Notes under the pieces: generated by a model
Database searches by the model: none
Seen by the model: only the letters and a program-made list of their open reading frames with translations
Told to the model about the DNA's origin: nothing
Origin: Mustelus asterias
Lineage: Eukaryota
Length of the DNA stretch: 64,000 bases
Assembly (NCBI RefSeq): GCF_964213995.1
Contig: NW_027590141.1
Coordinates: 1,054,001 to 1,118,000 of the forward strand
Direction of reading: 5' to 3'
Made by a program: the position numbers and the translations under genes
Part shown: piece by piece, positions 1-13,069 of the stretch
Numbering within the stretch: the first letter of the stretch is position 1
How the letters are laid out: each line of letters opens with the position of its first letter

Positions 1-2601
1 CTTGATATTATACTCCTTCATCCCATTCGACATGCCAAAATGGACCACTACACATTTATCCTGTTTGAAGTCCATCTGCCACTTCTCTCCCCAGTCTTGC
101 ATCCTATCAATGTCACACTACAGCTTCTGACATGCGTCCAACCTATCCACAACACCACCAACCTTCGTGTCGTCGGCAAACTTACCAACCCATCCCTCCA
201 CTTCCTCATCCAGGTCATTTATGAAAATGACAGACAGCAAGGGTCCCAGAACAGATCCCTGGGGCACTCCACTGGTGACCGACCTCCATTCAGAAAATTA
301 CCCGTCTACAACCACTCTCTGCCTTCTGCAGGCAAGCCAGTTCTGAATCCACAAGGCAACTGCCCCTTGCATCCCATGCCCTCTCACTTTCTTGAGAAGT
401 CTTGCATGGGGTACCTTATCGAACGCCTTGCTGAAGTCCATGTAAACCACATCTACCGCTTTTCCTTCGTCAATGTGTTTAGTCACATTTTCAACGAACT
501 CCACCAGTCTTGTAAGGCACGATTTGCCTTTGACAAGGCCGTGCTGACTACGTTTGAGCATACGAAACTCCTCTAAATGTTCATAAATCCTGTCCCCCAG
601 GATCTTCTCCATCAACTTACCAACCACTGAGGTTAGACTCACCGGTCGGTAATTTCCTGGGCGATCCCTATTCCCTTCCTTGAATATAGGAAACACATCC
701 GCAATCGTCCAATCCTCCAGAACCTCTCCCGTCTCCATCGACGACGCAAAGATCATCACCAGAGGCTCTGCAATCTCTTCCCTCACCTCCCACAGTAACC
801 TGGGGTACATCCCATCCGGTCCCGGCGACTTATCTATCTTGATGCTATTCAAAATTTCCAACACATCCTCTTTCTTAATGTCCACATACTCAATCTTTTC
901 AGCCCACCTCAGTCCTGTAGTACAACCACCCAGGTCTTTTTCCACCGTGAATACCGAGGTAAAATATTCATTAAGCACCTCTGCTATTTCTTCCGGTTCT
1001 GTACAGACTATCTCACCTTCACCTTTTATAATTCCTATTCCATCACATCTCATCCTTTTACTCTTCACATATTTATAGAACGCCTTCGGGTTCTCCTTAA
1101 TCTTAACTGCCAAGGCCTTCTCGTGACCCCTTCTGGCTCTCCTAATTTCTTTCGTTCCGACAAGCCGTCTACTCATCTAGATCCCTATCATCGCCTTGCG
1201 CTCTGAAGCTTTTGTACGCTTTCCTTTTCTTTCTCACTAGGTTCAGCGCAGCTTTCGTGCACCATGGTTCCCGTAACCTACCAACACCTCCCTCTCTCAT
1301 CGGAACGTTGTCATGCAGAACTCGAGGCAAACATTCCTTGAAAATCTGCCACCTTACTTCAGTACTTTTCCTCGAGAATGCCTCCTTCCAATTTACACAT
1401 CTAATCTCCTGCCTGATGGCTTCATATTTCCCGTTACTCCAGATAAACACTTTCCTAGCTTGCCTGATCCTATCTCTTTCCAATGCTTGCGTAAAGGAGA
1501 TAGAGTAATGATCACTATCCCCAAGATGCTCCCCCACTGAGAGATCCGACATCTGGTACTGGCTCATTAGCCAGTACCAGGTCGAGTACAGCCTCTCCTC
1601 TTGTAGGCTTATCCACATGCTGTGTCAGGCAACGCTCCTGAACACACCTAACAAACCCCTCCCCATCCAAACCCCTTACTCTATGGATATTCCAATCGAT
1701 GTTTGGGAAATTAAAGTCTCCCATCACGACAACCCTGTTATTCCTACATCTCTCCAGGATCTGTTCCCTATCTGCTCCTCAACATCCCTGTTACTATTGG
1801 GCGGCCTGTACAAAACACCCAGCAAAGTTATCGACCCCTTCCCGCTCCGAACTTCCACCCACAGAGACTCCGTAGACAATCCCTCCACGGCTTCCACATT
1901 CTCTGCAGCTCTGACACTATTCCTGATCAGCAGTGCCACTCCCCACCCCCCTCTTTTGCCTCCCTGTCTGTCCTTTCTGAAACATCTGAAACCCGGCACC
2001 TGAAGTATCCAGTCCTGTCCCTGTCCCCAAGTCTCCGTAATGGCCACCACATCACACTTCCAAGCATCGATCCACACTCTAAGCTCATCCACTTTATTCA
2101 CTACACTCCTGGCATTAAAATAGACATATCTCAAACCTTTGGTTTGAGCTCTCCCCTTCTCCATCACCCGTCTATTCTCCCTCTTACACTGTGTACAATC
2201 CTTCTCTATTTGCGGGCTAGCCTCCTCGCTCTCAGTCACCTCGTCACGATTCCCTCCCCCCAACCTTTCTAGTTTAAAGTCTCCCCAGTAGCCTTAGCCA
2301 ACCTTCCTGCCAGGATATTTGTCTCCCTAGGATTCAAGTGCCACCCGTCGTTTTTGTACAGGTCACACCTTCCCCTAAAGAGGTCCCAATAATCCAGGAA
2401 ACTGAATCCTTGCCCCCCGCTCCAGTCCCTCAGCCACACATTCATCCTCCACCTCACCCCATTCCTGCTCTCACTTTCCCCTGGCACAGGCAGCAATCCT
2501 GAGATGACAACCTTTGCGTTCCTCCTTCCCAACTGTCTACCTAACTCCCTATATTCTCTTTTCATTACCCCTTCCGTCTTCCTACCTATGTCAGCGTGCA
2601 T
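1..2601 (-). mobile_element. CR1-clade LINE, degraded copy (ORF1 3' part plus frameshifted ORF2 endonuclease/RT), running off the window edge
   Basis: ORF pieces 2269-2601 (DGWHLN...GETLN), 1724-2263 (YFNARS, ITETW), 1515-1727 (GDFNFP), 1169-1618 (SDH) and 298-1176 (NYRPVSLTS, DFSKAFDKV); colinear with the intact copy at 17577-21211. Confidence 0.93.
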
Positions 2602-2810
2602 GTACGTGGTGCATTTGCACTTTCAGAAGACATTTGAGACGGTTCCTCGTAAAATATTAGTAGATGAAATTAAAGCACGTGGGATAGGGAATAATGTATT
2701 GACATTTGTGTAGAATTCGTTGACAGACAAGAAACAGAGAATGGAAATACATGGGTCTTTTTCCGAGTGGCAGTCAGCGACTGGTGGGGTACTTCAGGAT
2801 CCCAACTTAT

Positions 2811-3080
2811 ATTATTTATTAGTCACATGAAGGCTTACGGTAACACTGCAATGAAGTTACTGTGAAAAACCCCGAGTCACCACACTCCAGCGCCTGTTCG
2901 GGTGCACTGAGGGAGAGGTTAGCATGGCCAATGTCCCTGAGCTGCACGTCCTTCGGATGTTGGAGGAAACCGGGGCACCCAGAAGAAATCCACGTAAGCA
3001 CGGGGAGAATGTGCAGTCTCCGTACAGAAAATGCCCCAAGCTGGGAATCGAACCCGGTCCCCAATGCTGTGCCACCGTGT
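2811..3080 (-). mobile_element. V-SINE (HE1-like tRNA-derived SINE)
   Basis: Reverse strand has B-box ggttcgattcc and the V-SINE core (ttctccccgtgcttacgtggatttcttctgggtgccccggtttcctcc). Confidence 0.8.
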
Positions 3081-3592
3081 GATTTGGATAAGGAAATCAA
3101 ATGTAAAATGTCCTAAGCGGTTGGCGATGCATAACTGTGAGCTATGAGGAGGATGCAGTGACTTGTGAGCTGAGAGGAGAATGCAAGGGTCTTCAATGTG
3201 ATCTGGACAAGTTGTGTGAATGGGTGAACATGTGGCAGATGCAATACAACGTGGCTAAATGTACAGTTATATGCGTGTGCAAAGCACAAAACAATATATA
3301 TTTGGAAGTGTGATGTACAAATTGATCTGGGTATCCTTTTACACCAAACAATGAAATCGGAGAGGTATGTACAGCAAGCAATTGGGAAGGCCTTCGTTGC
3401 AAGAAGATTTGAGTTCGGAATTAGTGAAGTCTTACTGCAGTAATGCCTGGTCTTCATCAGACCACATCTGGAGTAATGCGTATAGATTTGATCTCCCGAC
3501 CTAAGAAAGGGTCTCTGGCGAGTGCAGCTGATACACGGATTGGTGGGACTGTCCTGTAAGGCGAAATTGCTTCCACCGGGCCTGTATTCACT

Positions 3593-3720
3593 TGATTGAC
3601 CTGATGAAGGAGCAGCGCTCGGAAAGCTCGTGATTCCAAGTAAACATCTTGGACTTTAACCTGGCGTTGCGAGACTTCTTACTGTGCCCACCCTAGTGCA
3701 ACGCGAGCATCTCCACCTCA
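3593..3720 (+). mobile_element. Short Penelope-like element fragment with degenerate hammerhead core
   Basis: ctgatgaaggagcagcgctcggaaagctcgtg; 10-bp direct repeat tgtattcact at 3583-3592 and 3721-3730. Confidence 0.65.
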
Positions 3721-3807
3721 TGTATTCACTCGAGTTCAGAAGGATGAGAGGAGATCTGATTGAAATACGTAAAATTGTGATTGCAGCATTCAAAGCATAA
3801 AAAATGA

Positions 3808-4110
3808 GGGCGATGCAGTGACACAGTGGCTAGCACGGCTGCCTCACAATGCCAGGGACCTGGGTTCGATTCCCACCTTAGGTCACTGTCTGTGCAGAGA
3901 CTGCACCTTCTCCCCTTATCTGCGTGGGTTTCCTTCGGGTGCTCCGTTTTCCTCCCACAGTCCGAAAGACGTGCTGATTAGGTGCATTGGCCATGCTAAA
4001 TTTTCCCACAGCGTACCTGAACAGGCGCTGGAGTGTGGCCATCGGGCCTTTTCACAGTAACGTCATTGCAGTGTATGTCTACTTGTGACATTGATAATCA
4101 ATGAACTTAC
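3808..4110 (+). mobile_element. V-SINE (HE1-like)
   Basis: A-box-like gtgacacagtgg, B-box ggttcgattcc, V-SINE central domain. Confidence 0.8.
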
Positions 4111-4489
4111 GAATAATTAAAGGAATTCTAACAGGACTGGGCAGGCGAGATGAAGGAAGGACGTTTTCGCTGGTTACGTAGTATGAAACCAGGGATGCAG
4201 TCTCAAGACATAGGGGAGCCAAGTTAGGACAGAAATGAGGAAATATTTCTTCACTACAGAGACTAGTGAACATACGGAGCGCTTGAGCACTGAGGCTTTG
4301 GATGTCATGCCACTGAATAGATTCAAGAAATAAATCGATTTGTGAATAGATTTTAATGGTATCGGGGGTGTGAGCAGAATCCATTAATGTGGCCTTGAGA
4401 TAGGAAATAATCCATAATCATGAAGACTGGTGGATCAGGGTCGAATGGCCTCCTCCGGCTCCTAATTTCTATGTAACTAATGTTCAGTC

Positions 4490-4795
4490 AATGTTCTGAG
4501 GCCCTGAGTTCAAATCGCCAGGGCAGATGGTGGAACTTGAAATCAATAAAAACTATCTGGAATTAAGAATCTATTGATGACTATGAGACCATTGTTGATA
4601 GTTGTAAAAACCCATCTTGTTTACTAATGTCCCTTTAGGGAACGAAATCTGCCGTTCTTACCTTGTTTGACCGACATGTGACTCCAGAGTCACAGCAATG
4701 TGGTTGACTCTCAACTGCCCTCTAAGGGCAACTGGAGATGGGCAACAAATGCTGGCCAGCCAGTAATGTGCAAGTCCCACGAATCAATAAAAAAA
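4490..4795 (+). mobile_element. Second SINE type with an L2-like 3' end (related copies at about 23340-23700 +, 25280-25600 -, 34720-35070 +, 51560-51870 -)
   Basis: Recurrent gagttcaaatc...ggtggaatttgaattcaataaa...gatgggcaacaaatgctggcc...cccac; family assignment is from memory only. Confidence 0.5.
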
Positions 4796-6199
4796 GCTAT
4801 GTTTAGCCTGTCTGTCCTACATGTGACTCCAGTTCCACAGTGATGAAGCTGACCCTTACGTGCCTCTGAAATTGACGAAACAGCCATTCAGTTGTTTCAA
4901 AGCTGCTGCAGAAAGTCAAACACAAATAAAACCGACCAGAGGGCAATTATTACAAAAAGGTAGTTCGCAACCGCCTTCTCAGTATGGGCAATTAATGCTA
5001 CTTTGTCAGTGATGCCCATATCCAGAGAATGAATAGAACAGTGCAAACTACTGCGAATTCCGGAAATCTAAAAGTAATACAACAAAAAAGGCAGGTCAGT
5101 GGGCATTAGCAGTGGGTGAAACAGATTCTCATTTCACGCCGATGACAGAATGTAAATTCGATATAACAGGACTGTTCTGCCCAGTATCCTGGCCACCCAT
5201 TCTTCAACTAAAATCACAAAATTACTGTTCATTTATCACATCTCGTTTGTGGGAGCTTGCTGTGCACCAAATCCTTGTTGTATGTCCAACATTACAGCAG
5301 TGAATAACTTCAGCGACAATATATCAGTGAGTTTTAAATGGTTTGGGACGGCCTAACGTCAGGTAAAGCGCTATGAAAATGCAAGGCCTTTCCAAATGTT
5401 AATATTAAAAAATGCAAGAATTGATATGTTAAAAGCTCTGAGATTAATGCGATTTCGTCACTCCTCTGGCTGATGTTTTAACGTGTCTAGTTTTAGTAGA
5501 TTAAATCATCAATCAAATTGACATTCAGTGGAATACCAGCCTTTTCAAACATGTTTTATTTATTCTGACATCAGAACTTTCAGAACAAATTCTTGATTAG
5601 CGGGTATTTTTTTATTTGAATTAAATAGCGTCTGGTCGAATGGGTATTCACGAAGTTTCTACTGATGTTGAACCTGCTGTCAATATACTTAAAATAAACC
5701 GCTATGTTGAATTGAAACTAATGAATAAATGACGGTTTATCTGGTTTTGCTGCCATGAACATCTCATTGTAACCAGTGAGGTGTTTCTGTAAATAAACAC
5801 AGAAATAGAAATCCCAGATTAGATTTATTGATTGACAAAAACGCAACAAATATTTCCCCATCAACACAGCACAGAAATAGAGACAAACATGCAAATCAAT
5901 CATTGGATTCCAGTTGTGATTGTTTTTTGGACATATTTTTTCATCAGTTATATGCACAAAACAAGCTATGATTATCAATGTTCAAAATTAGGAAAGATTC
6001 CCTCTAATCACAAAATAAAAGGACGCGGCGATTTAATGTGCTTTATCTGTCTTTGTCTTTCTCCTCTCTGATTCTGGGTCTTGTTTTGTCTCTCCACGAT
6101 GGGTCATTGTCTTTACTCAACAACATCAAGTCAAACTCCAGCAAATGTATTCTCTCAGGTCTATTTTCGGGCCTCTAACTAAATGGATTTAATTCAATC

Positions 6200-6490
6200 T
6201 ATAGAGGGAGCTTTTCTCCAATATGTATCTTGATCATTTCCTGTATCGAACCCGTTCTGTCCCAGCGTCCAATTGTTTCAATGGACAGTGTAGAGAGGTT
6301 TTTACTGTTTCTAAACAGTCTTCATTTGCTGGAAATGCTTGATTGAGATAGTGTGGATGGAGTTTCACTTTTTATCAATCCAGTGCTACACCTGTTTGAG
6401 AGTGTTTAATGTTGCACTGTGGAGGGAGCTTTACATTCGGAGCCGAAACACATGCTACACCTGCCCTTGGAATATTTGATGGGGCACTAG
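6200..6490 (+). repeat. Degenerate ~65-bp satellite-like array (paralog at about 28600-29650)
   Basis: Recurring ggacagtgtagagggagcttt...tgctacacctg...gtgtttgat units. Confidence 0.6.
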
Positions 6491-6528
6491 GCCGTGTCTC
6501 TATATTGCACTCATCTGTGACCTGTCTC

Positions 6529-8721
6529 TAGAACATAGAACATAGAACAGTGCAGCACAGAACAGGCCCTTCGGCCCACGATGTTGTGCCGACATTCATC
6601 TGAAACCAAGATCAAGCTATCCCACTCCCTATCATCCTGGTGTGCTCCATGTGCCTATCCAATAACCGCTTAAATGTTCCTAAAGTGTCTGACTCCACTA
6701 TCACTGCACGCAGTCCATTCCACACCCCAACCACTCTCTGCGTAAAGAACCTACCTCTGATATCCTTCCTATATCTCCCACCACGAACCCTACAGTTATG
6801 CCCCCTTGTAATAGCTCCATCCACCCGACGAAATAGTCTTTGAACGTTCACTCTATCTATCCCCTTCATCATTTTATAAACCTCTATCAAGTCTCCCCTC
6901 AGCCTCCTCCGCTCCAGAGAGAACAGCCCTAGCTCCCTCAACCTTTCCTCATAAGACCTACCCTCCAAACCAGGCAGCATCCTGGTAAATCTCCTCTGCA
7001 CTCTTTCCAGCGCTTCCACATCCTTCTTATAGTGAGGTGACCAGAACTGCACACAATATTCCAAATGTGGTCTCACCAAGGTCCTGTACAGTTGCAGCAT
7101 AACCCCATGGCTCTTAAACTCCTACCCCCTGTTAATAAAAGCTAACACACTATAGGCCTTCTTCACAGCACTATCCACTTGAGTGGCAACCTTTAGAGAT
7201 CTGTGGATATGGACCCCAAATCTCTCTGTTCCTCCAGTCTTCAGAACCCTACCTTTGACCCTGTAAGCCACATTTAAATCAGTCCTACCAAAATGAATCA
7301 CCTCACATTTATCAGGGTTAAACTCCATTTGCCATTTTTCAGCCCAGCTTTGCATCCTATCTATGTCTGTTTGCAGCCTACAACAGCCCTCCACCTCATC
7401 CACGACTCCACCAATCTTGGTGTCATCAGCAAATTTACTGATCCACCTTTCACCCCCCTCCTCTAAGTCATTAATAAAAATCACAAAGAGCAGAGGACCA
7501 AGCACTGATCCCTGTGGCACTCCGCTAGCAACCTGCCTCCAATCCGAAAATTTTCCATCCACCACCACCCTCTGTCTTCGATCAGACAGCCAGTTACCTA
7601 TCCAATCGGCCAACTTTCCCCCTATCCCACACCTCCTCACTTTCATCATAAGCCGACCATGGGGGACCTTATCAAACGCCTTACTAAAATCCATGTATAT
7701 GACATCAACTGCCCTACCTTCATCAACACACTTAGTTACCTCCTCAAAAAATTCAATCAAATTTGTGAGGCACGACTTGCCCTTCACGAATCCGTGCTGA
7801 CTATCCCGGATTAATCCGCGTCTTTCTAAATGGTCGTAAATCCCATCCCTCAGGACCTTTTCCATCAATGAACCAACCACCGAAGTAAGACTAACCGGTC
7901 TATAATTACCAGCGTCATTTCTATTCCCTTTCTTAAACAGAGGAACAACTTTCGCCATTCTCCAGTCCTCTGGCACCATCCCCGTGGACAGCGAGGACCC
8001 AAAGATCAAAGCCAAAGACTTCGCAATCTCATCCCTTGCCTCCCAAAGAATCCTAGGATATATTTCATCAGGCCCAGGGGACTTATCGACCTTCAGTTTA
8101 TTCAAAACTGCCAGGACATCCTCCCTCCGAACATTGATTTCCTCCAGCCTATTAGCCTGTAACACCTTCTCTTCCTCAAAAACATGGCCCCTCTCCTTGG
8201 TGAACACTGAAGAAAAGTATTCATCCATCACCTCGCCTATCTCTACTGACTCCATACACAAGTTCCCACGACTGTCCTTGACCGGCCCTAACCTCACCCT
8301 GGTCATTCTTTTATTCCTCACATAAGAGTAAAAAGCCTTGGGGTTTTCCTTGATCCGACCCGCCAAGGACTTCTCATGTCCCCTCCTTGCTCTCCTCTGC
8401 CCCTTTTTCAGCTCGTTCCTTGCTAACTTGTAACCTTCAGTCGAGCCATCTGAACCTTGTTTCCTCATCCCTACATAAGCTTCCCTCTTCCTTTTCACAA
8501 GACATTCCACCTCTTTCGTGAACCACGGTTCCCTCACTCGGCCATTTCCTCCCTGCCTGACAGGGACATAGCTATCAAGGACACCCAGTATTTGTTCCTT
8601 GAAAAAGTTCCACTTTTCATTAGTGCCTTTCCCTGACAGTTTCTGTTCCCAACTTATGCCCCCTAATTCTTGCCTAAGCGCATCATAATTACCTCTCCCC
8701 CCATTGTAAACCTTGCCCTGC
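6529..8721 (-). mobile_element. 5'-truncated young CR1 LINE (RT region, one frameshift and one stop)
   Basis: ORFs 7122-8537 (GVPQGSVLGP, FADD) and 6612-7100; (TTCTATG)n-type 3' tail at about 6529-6550. Confidence 0.95.
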
Positions 8722-10200
8722 TAATGTTAAATTAACTAATCCCTGTTTCGGTTTATATTAAAGAAGATTTTGTCTCTGTTCACATTACACTAGACGTACT
8801 TTCTGTTTATAATAAACTAGATGCTGTCTCTGTTTATATTACACGTCACCATGTCTCTGTTCATATTGAGATCGACAATGACTCTGCTTTTAGTCATGTA
8901 GATCTGTCTCTGTACTAAACTGGATGCACTTGACCATGTCCATGTTCATTTTATATTGGGCACGGACTCAGTTATTACTGCACTGGACAATGCGCAATAA
9001 TGTGAAAAGTGGCTATGGGAACATGATTCTCTGCATCCTCCTACAGGTACAACTCTGACGGATGGAGACAAGTCTTGGGAACTGGAAAAGAAGAAGTGAT
9101 ATTTGAAAGCTCACTCTACTGATGCATTGAAAATAGATATCAAACCCTGCGCAGCATACACTGTCGATCCAATATTTTCCGTTTCAAGATCCTGCTGAAT
9201 ACAGATGTTTATAGCCCAGCATATTTATGCATCATATTATCTCTGTACCTCACAGAACCGTGGAGTAATGTTCATGGAGCCATAGTTCAGACAGAGGAAT
9301 ACTATAGTGCAGTAATAACAGTGACCTGGTCTCGCGAAATAGAGACAGAGTCAGGATCAAATGTCATATAAACAGGGATTGGGTCTAGTGCATCATAAAC
9401 TAAGCTCTGGTCAAGCGGAGTATTAACAGAGACAGGATCTATTTTAATATAAACAGGGGCCTGATGCAGTGAAATAGAAATGAGGTCGTGCCGAGTGCTT
9501 TGTGGGAAGTTAAAGGCGAAATACTGGCCTTACCAGAGACACCCACATCCCATGAAATAAATATTTGAAAAATATGAATGACATCAACGAATACAAGAAA
9601 AACTGAGATGGTGTCTAGTGCAATTTAACCGAATGCAGTTACTTGTGCGATATAAACTGACACATAGTGTCAATTACTGATACAGGCCTAAACCGATATT
9701 AATGGAGACAGAGCTTAGCGCATTAGCAGTAATTACTGATATAGAATCTGGACTGACATAAACTGAGACAGAGTCCAGTGTGTTAATGGTCATTACTGAT
9801 GCAGTACCTAGGCTGATAAAAACTGAGACAGAAATTAGTGTGTTATTAATGACTAGAGATACGATATTATGACTGATATAAACTCAGAAAGAGTCTAGCG
9901 CGTTGGTAATAATTATTAATATGTGATCTAGACTGGTAGACACTGAGATATGGACAATGAAGCAAATTAGAGGGATCACGTAATGCAATAATAACAGAGG
10001 CAGGGCACAGTGTTGAATAAACAAATACATGCACTTGTGCAGCATTAACTAAAACAGTGTCAACTTTATTAGATCTAATGAACCATTAGAGTAATGATAG
10101 TGACCGAAACTTGTGTAACGCAAGACGGATGTTGCTCCAGTATCGGAGTCACAGATAAAGGTTCTGATGCAGTTCAGACACAGTCTCTTCCCAGATTAAA
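8722..10200. repeat. Degenerate ~27-60 bp satellite with two arms in opposite orientation (paralog 29700-31200)
   Basis: tgtctctgtttatattacac-type units at 8720-9000 versus their reverse complement (gtctagtg...ataaactgagaca) at 9300-10100. Confidence 0.6.
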
Positions 10201-10205
10201 GATTT

Positions 10206-10490
10206 AAAGCTTATTTATTAGTGTCATAAGTCGGCTTTCATTCACACTGCAATGAATTTACTGTGAAGAACCCCGAGTGGTCACACTCCGGTGCCTGTTT
10301 GAGTACACCGAGGGAGAATTTAGCATGGCCAAAATGCACCAAGTCACCACCTCTTTCGGGCGGTGAGTGGAAACCGGAGCACCCGGAGGAAACCCACGCA
10401 GACATAAGGAAAACGTGCCGACTCCACACAGACAGTCACCCATGTTGGGAATTGAACCCGGGTCCCTGGCACTGTGCCACCGTGCCGCCC
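10206..10490 (-). mobile_element. V-SINE (HE1-like)
   Basis: Reverse complement of gggcggcacggtggcacagtg...gggttcaattccc plus V core. Confidence 0.8.
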
Positions 10491-10699
10491 TGATTAACTG
10501 AAACATATTTCAACACAGTCATAATTCAGAAACCATCGTGTAAACAGGCTTTGGCTTCACTTATGAACAACTGATAATGAGCCGAGTACAGGAATAACAG
10601 AGACAGGACATGCTGTAATGAGGCTGGGACATGGCCTGTTGAAATACAAACAGACGTGGGGGCTAGTTGAACGTTCCAGAGATATGACCTGTTCAAAAT

Positions 10700-12250
10700 C
10701 ATTTAATGAGGTTTTGCTGTCACTGGTAACGTAGGATTTGTTGCCACTTCTATTTTTTCCTTTGGGAATGTGCTAGTGAGCCCTCTTCTTAAATCGTTGC
10801 ATTCCATATGAGTAAGTACACATACAGTGCTGATAGGAAGGGAGTTGCAAGATTTTCATCCATTGACACTGAAAAAATAGTGATATAGATCCCAGTCAAG
10901 ACGGTATGGAGGTTTCATGGGCATTTGCAGATAATTGTATTCTCCTGCATCTGCTGCCCTTGCCATTTTAGTGTCAGAGTTAATGTGTTTGGAAGTTGCT
11001 ACCAAAGGATTATGTTGCTGCTATACAAGTTGTATATGGTTCACACGGCTAGAGTTGTACATCTGTGATGCAGAGAGTGAATGTTTAAAGTGGTTGGTGG
11101 GGTGTTCTTCCAGCCGCCTGCTTTTTGCTGCGTGGTTTCGAACTTTTTGGGTGTTGCTTCAGTACCACACGCCAGGCAAGTGGAGAATAATCAATCACAA
11201 TCCTGACTTTTGCCTTTATATGATGGATAGGGTTTGGGAAGTCAGGAGGTGAGTTACTCCACGCACAATTCCCAGCCTCTGACCTGTTTTGTCGCAATAT
11301 TATTGACATGGCTGTCCCAGTTCAATTTTCCATCAATGGCAATTCCCAGAATGATGATAGTGGGGTTTCAGCTGTAGTCATTCAATTAACGGCAAGCGGA
11401 GATGATTGCAATCTCTCTTACTTGAAAGGGTCATTGCCTGTCACCTCGGTGGCGTGAATGTCACATGCCACTTCACAGCCAAAGCCTGAATGTTTTCTAA
11501 GTCTTTCTGCTTACGGACACGGACTGCCTCAGTATCTGAGAAGTTGTAAATGTGCTGAACATCGTGCAATCATCAGTGAACATCCCACTTCTGAGCTTGT
11601 ATTGAAGCGTGAATATTAGGCCGAGGGCACTATCCTGAGGAGTTCCTTCAGCAAATGCCCTGTGACTGAGATGATTGGCTTTCAACTGCCACAGCCATCT
11701 TACTCTGTGCTCGGTTTGACTGAAGCCAGTGGAATGTTTTTTTCCCCGGATCCCCATTGACTGCAGCTTTGCTCGGGCGTCTTGATGCCAGAATCGGTTA
11801 AGTGCTGTGTTGATGTCGAGGGCCGGCACTCTCACCTCACCTCATTAAAGCAGCTATTTCCACTAGATTTGGACTAAGCTTAAATGATTTCTGGAACTGA
11901 GTGCCCCCAGTGGGACCCTAACAGAGCATCATTGAGCAGATTACTATTATTTGTAGTTGTAGCAGTATTGATATTATTATATTATTATTATTTTTTTAGA
12001 TGATCCTTCATACTTACCATAACGTTGATCGAGTGAGGACGCATTGGGCGATAATTGGTCGGGTTGGGTTTGTCCTGCCTTCAGAAACAGGTCACGTCTG
12101 CCAATTTTCACACTGTTGTGTATGTGACCGTGATACAGCTATACTTGAATAGATTGGCGATGGCTCAGCTAGCTCCAGAGCACAAACCGTTATTATTATT
12201 GCTGAAATATTGTCAGGATCCATAATCTTTGCAGTATCCAATGCTTTCAG
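10700..12250 (-). mobile_element. Ancient L2/CR1-type LINE remnant (paralog about 31400-32370; related pieces at 13930-14150, 15180-15920, 42960-43400)
   Basis: Degenerate RT-like translation (11497-11835: ALDINTALNRFWH..KLQSMGIRG..GTPQDSALG..MFTDDCT). Confidence 0.6.
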
Positions 12251-12344
12251 CACAAGGTTAGGCCACAGATCAATCATGATCATATTGCATGGCGGAGCGG
12301 GCTCCAGGGGCTGAATGGTCTACTCCTGTTCCTATCCTCAATGT

Positions 12345-12628
12345 TATAGAAACATAGAAACATAGAAAACTACAGCACAAAACAGGCCCTTCGGCCCCAC
12401 AAGTTGTACCGAACATATCCCTATCTTTTAGGCCTACCTGTAACCCTCCATCCTATTAAGTCCCATGTACACATCCAGGAGTCTCTTAAAAGACCCTATT
12501 GAGTTTGCCTCCACCACCACTGACGGCAGCCGATTCCAGTCGCCCACCACCCTCTGTGTGAAAAACTTACCCCTAACATTTCCCCTGTACCTACCCCCCA
12601 GCACCTTAAACCTGTGTCCTCTCGTAGC
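12345..12628 (-). mobile_element. CR1 3'-end fragment
   Basis: (catagaaa)n tail and close match to 17500-17770. Confidence 0.8.
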
Positions 12629-13069
12629 ATGTTGAATGAATTGACCTCCTTGGAGACTGGCATCTGTGATGTTCGGGGCATCAGGGGAAGGCAGAGATGG
12701 AACATCTTCTGCCTGAACATAGTAGCAATTGTTTCAGTCTTGTTTCTTTTCCATTTCGTTTGAGGCTCCTGCTGCAGTTACTTGTTTAAATGTCCATCAC
12801 CATTCAGGACTGCATGTGGCAGAACTGCAAAGTTAGGGTCCAGTGTAGTATTTATTGAGGCAGTGCCTTCTTCATGTAATGTAAACCATCAAGGTGCCAA
12901 TTCCATCTGCTGGCAAAATTCTGCAATTACAGTTACTGTAAATATATCGCTGTCAGGTATGATTTATGACAGTAATATACAAAGAATTCACATTCATAAA
13001 TGTAAGACCACATCCCCTTCTGCAGAAAGTGCCCAAATTTAAGGTGCAACGAATTATAGATGAGATGTA

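Larger units (their letters stand above)
2602..4470 (+). mobile_element. Old fragmented CR1 ORF2 3' portion, interrupted by SINEs and a Penelope-like element
   Basis: Degenerate RT-like segments at about 2602-2810, 3110-3590, 3721-3790 and 4115-4470, ending in a CR1-type tail (gaatggcctcctccggctcctaatttctatg). Confidence 0.65.

Noticed and set aside
9640-9960. Regularly spaced repeats resembling a CRISPR array
   Set aside because: Vertebrate DNA; degenerate tandem satellite without unique spacers or cas genes
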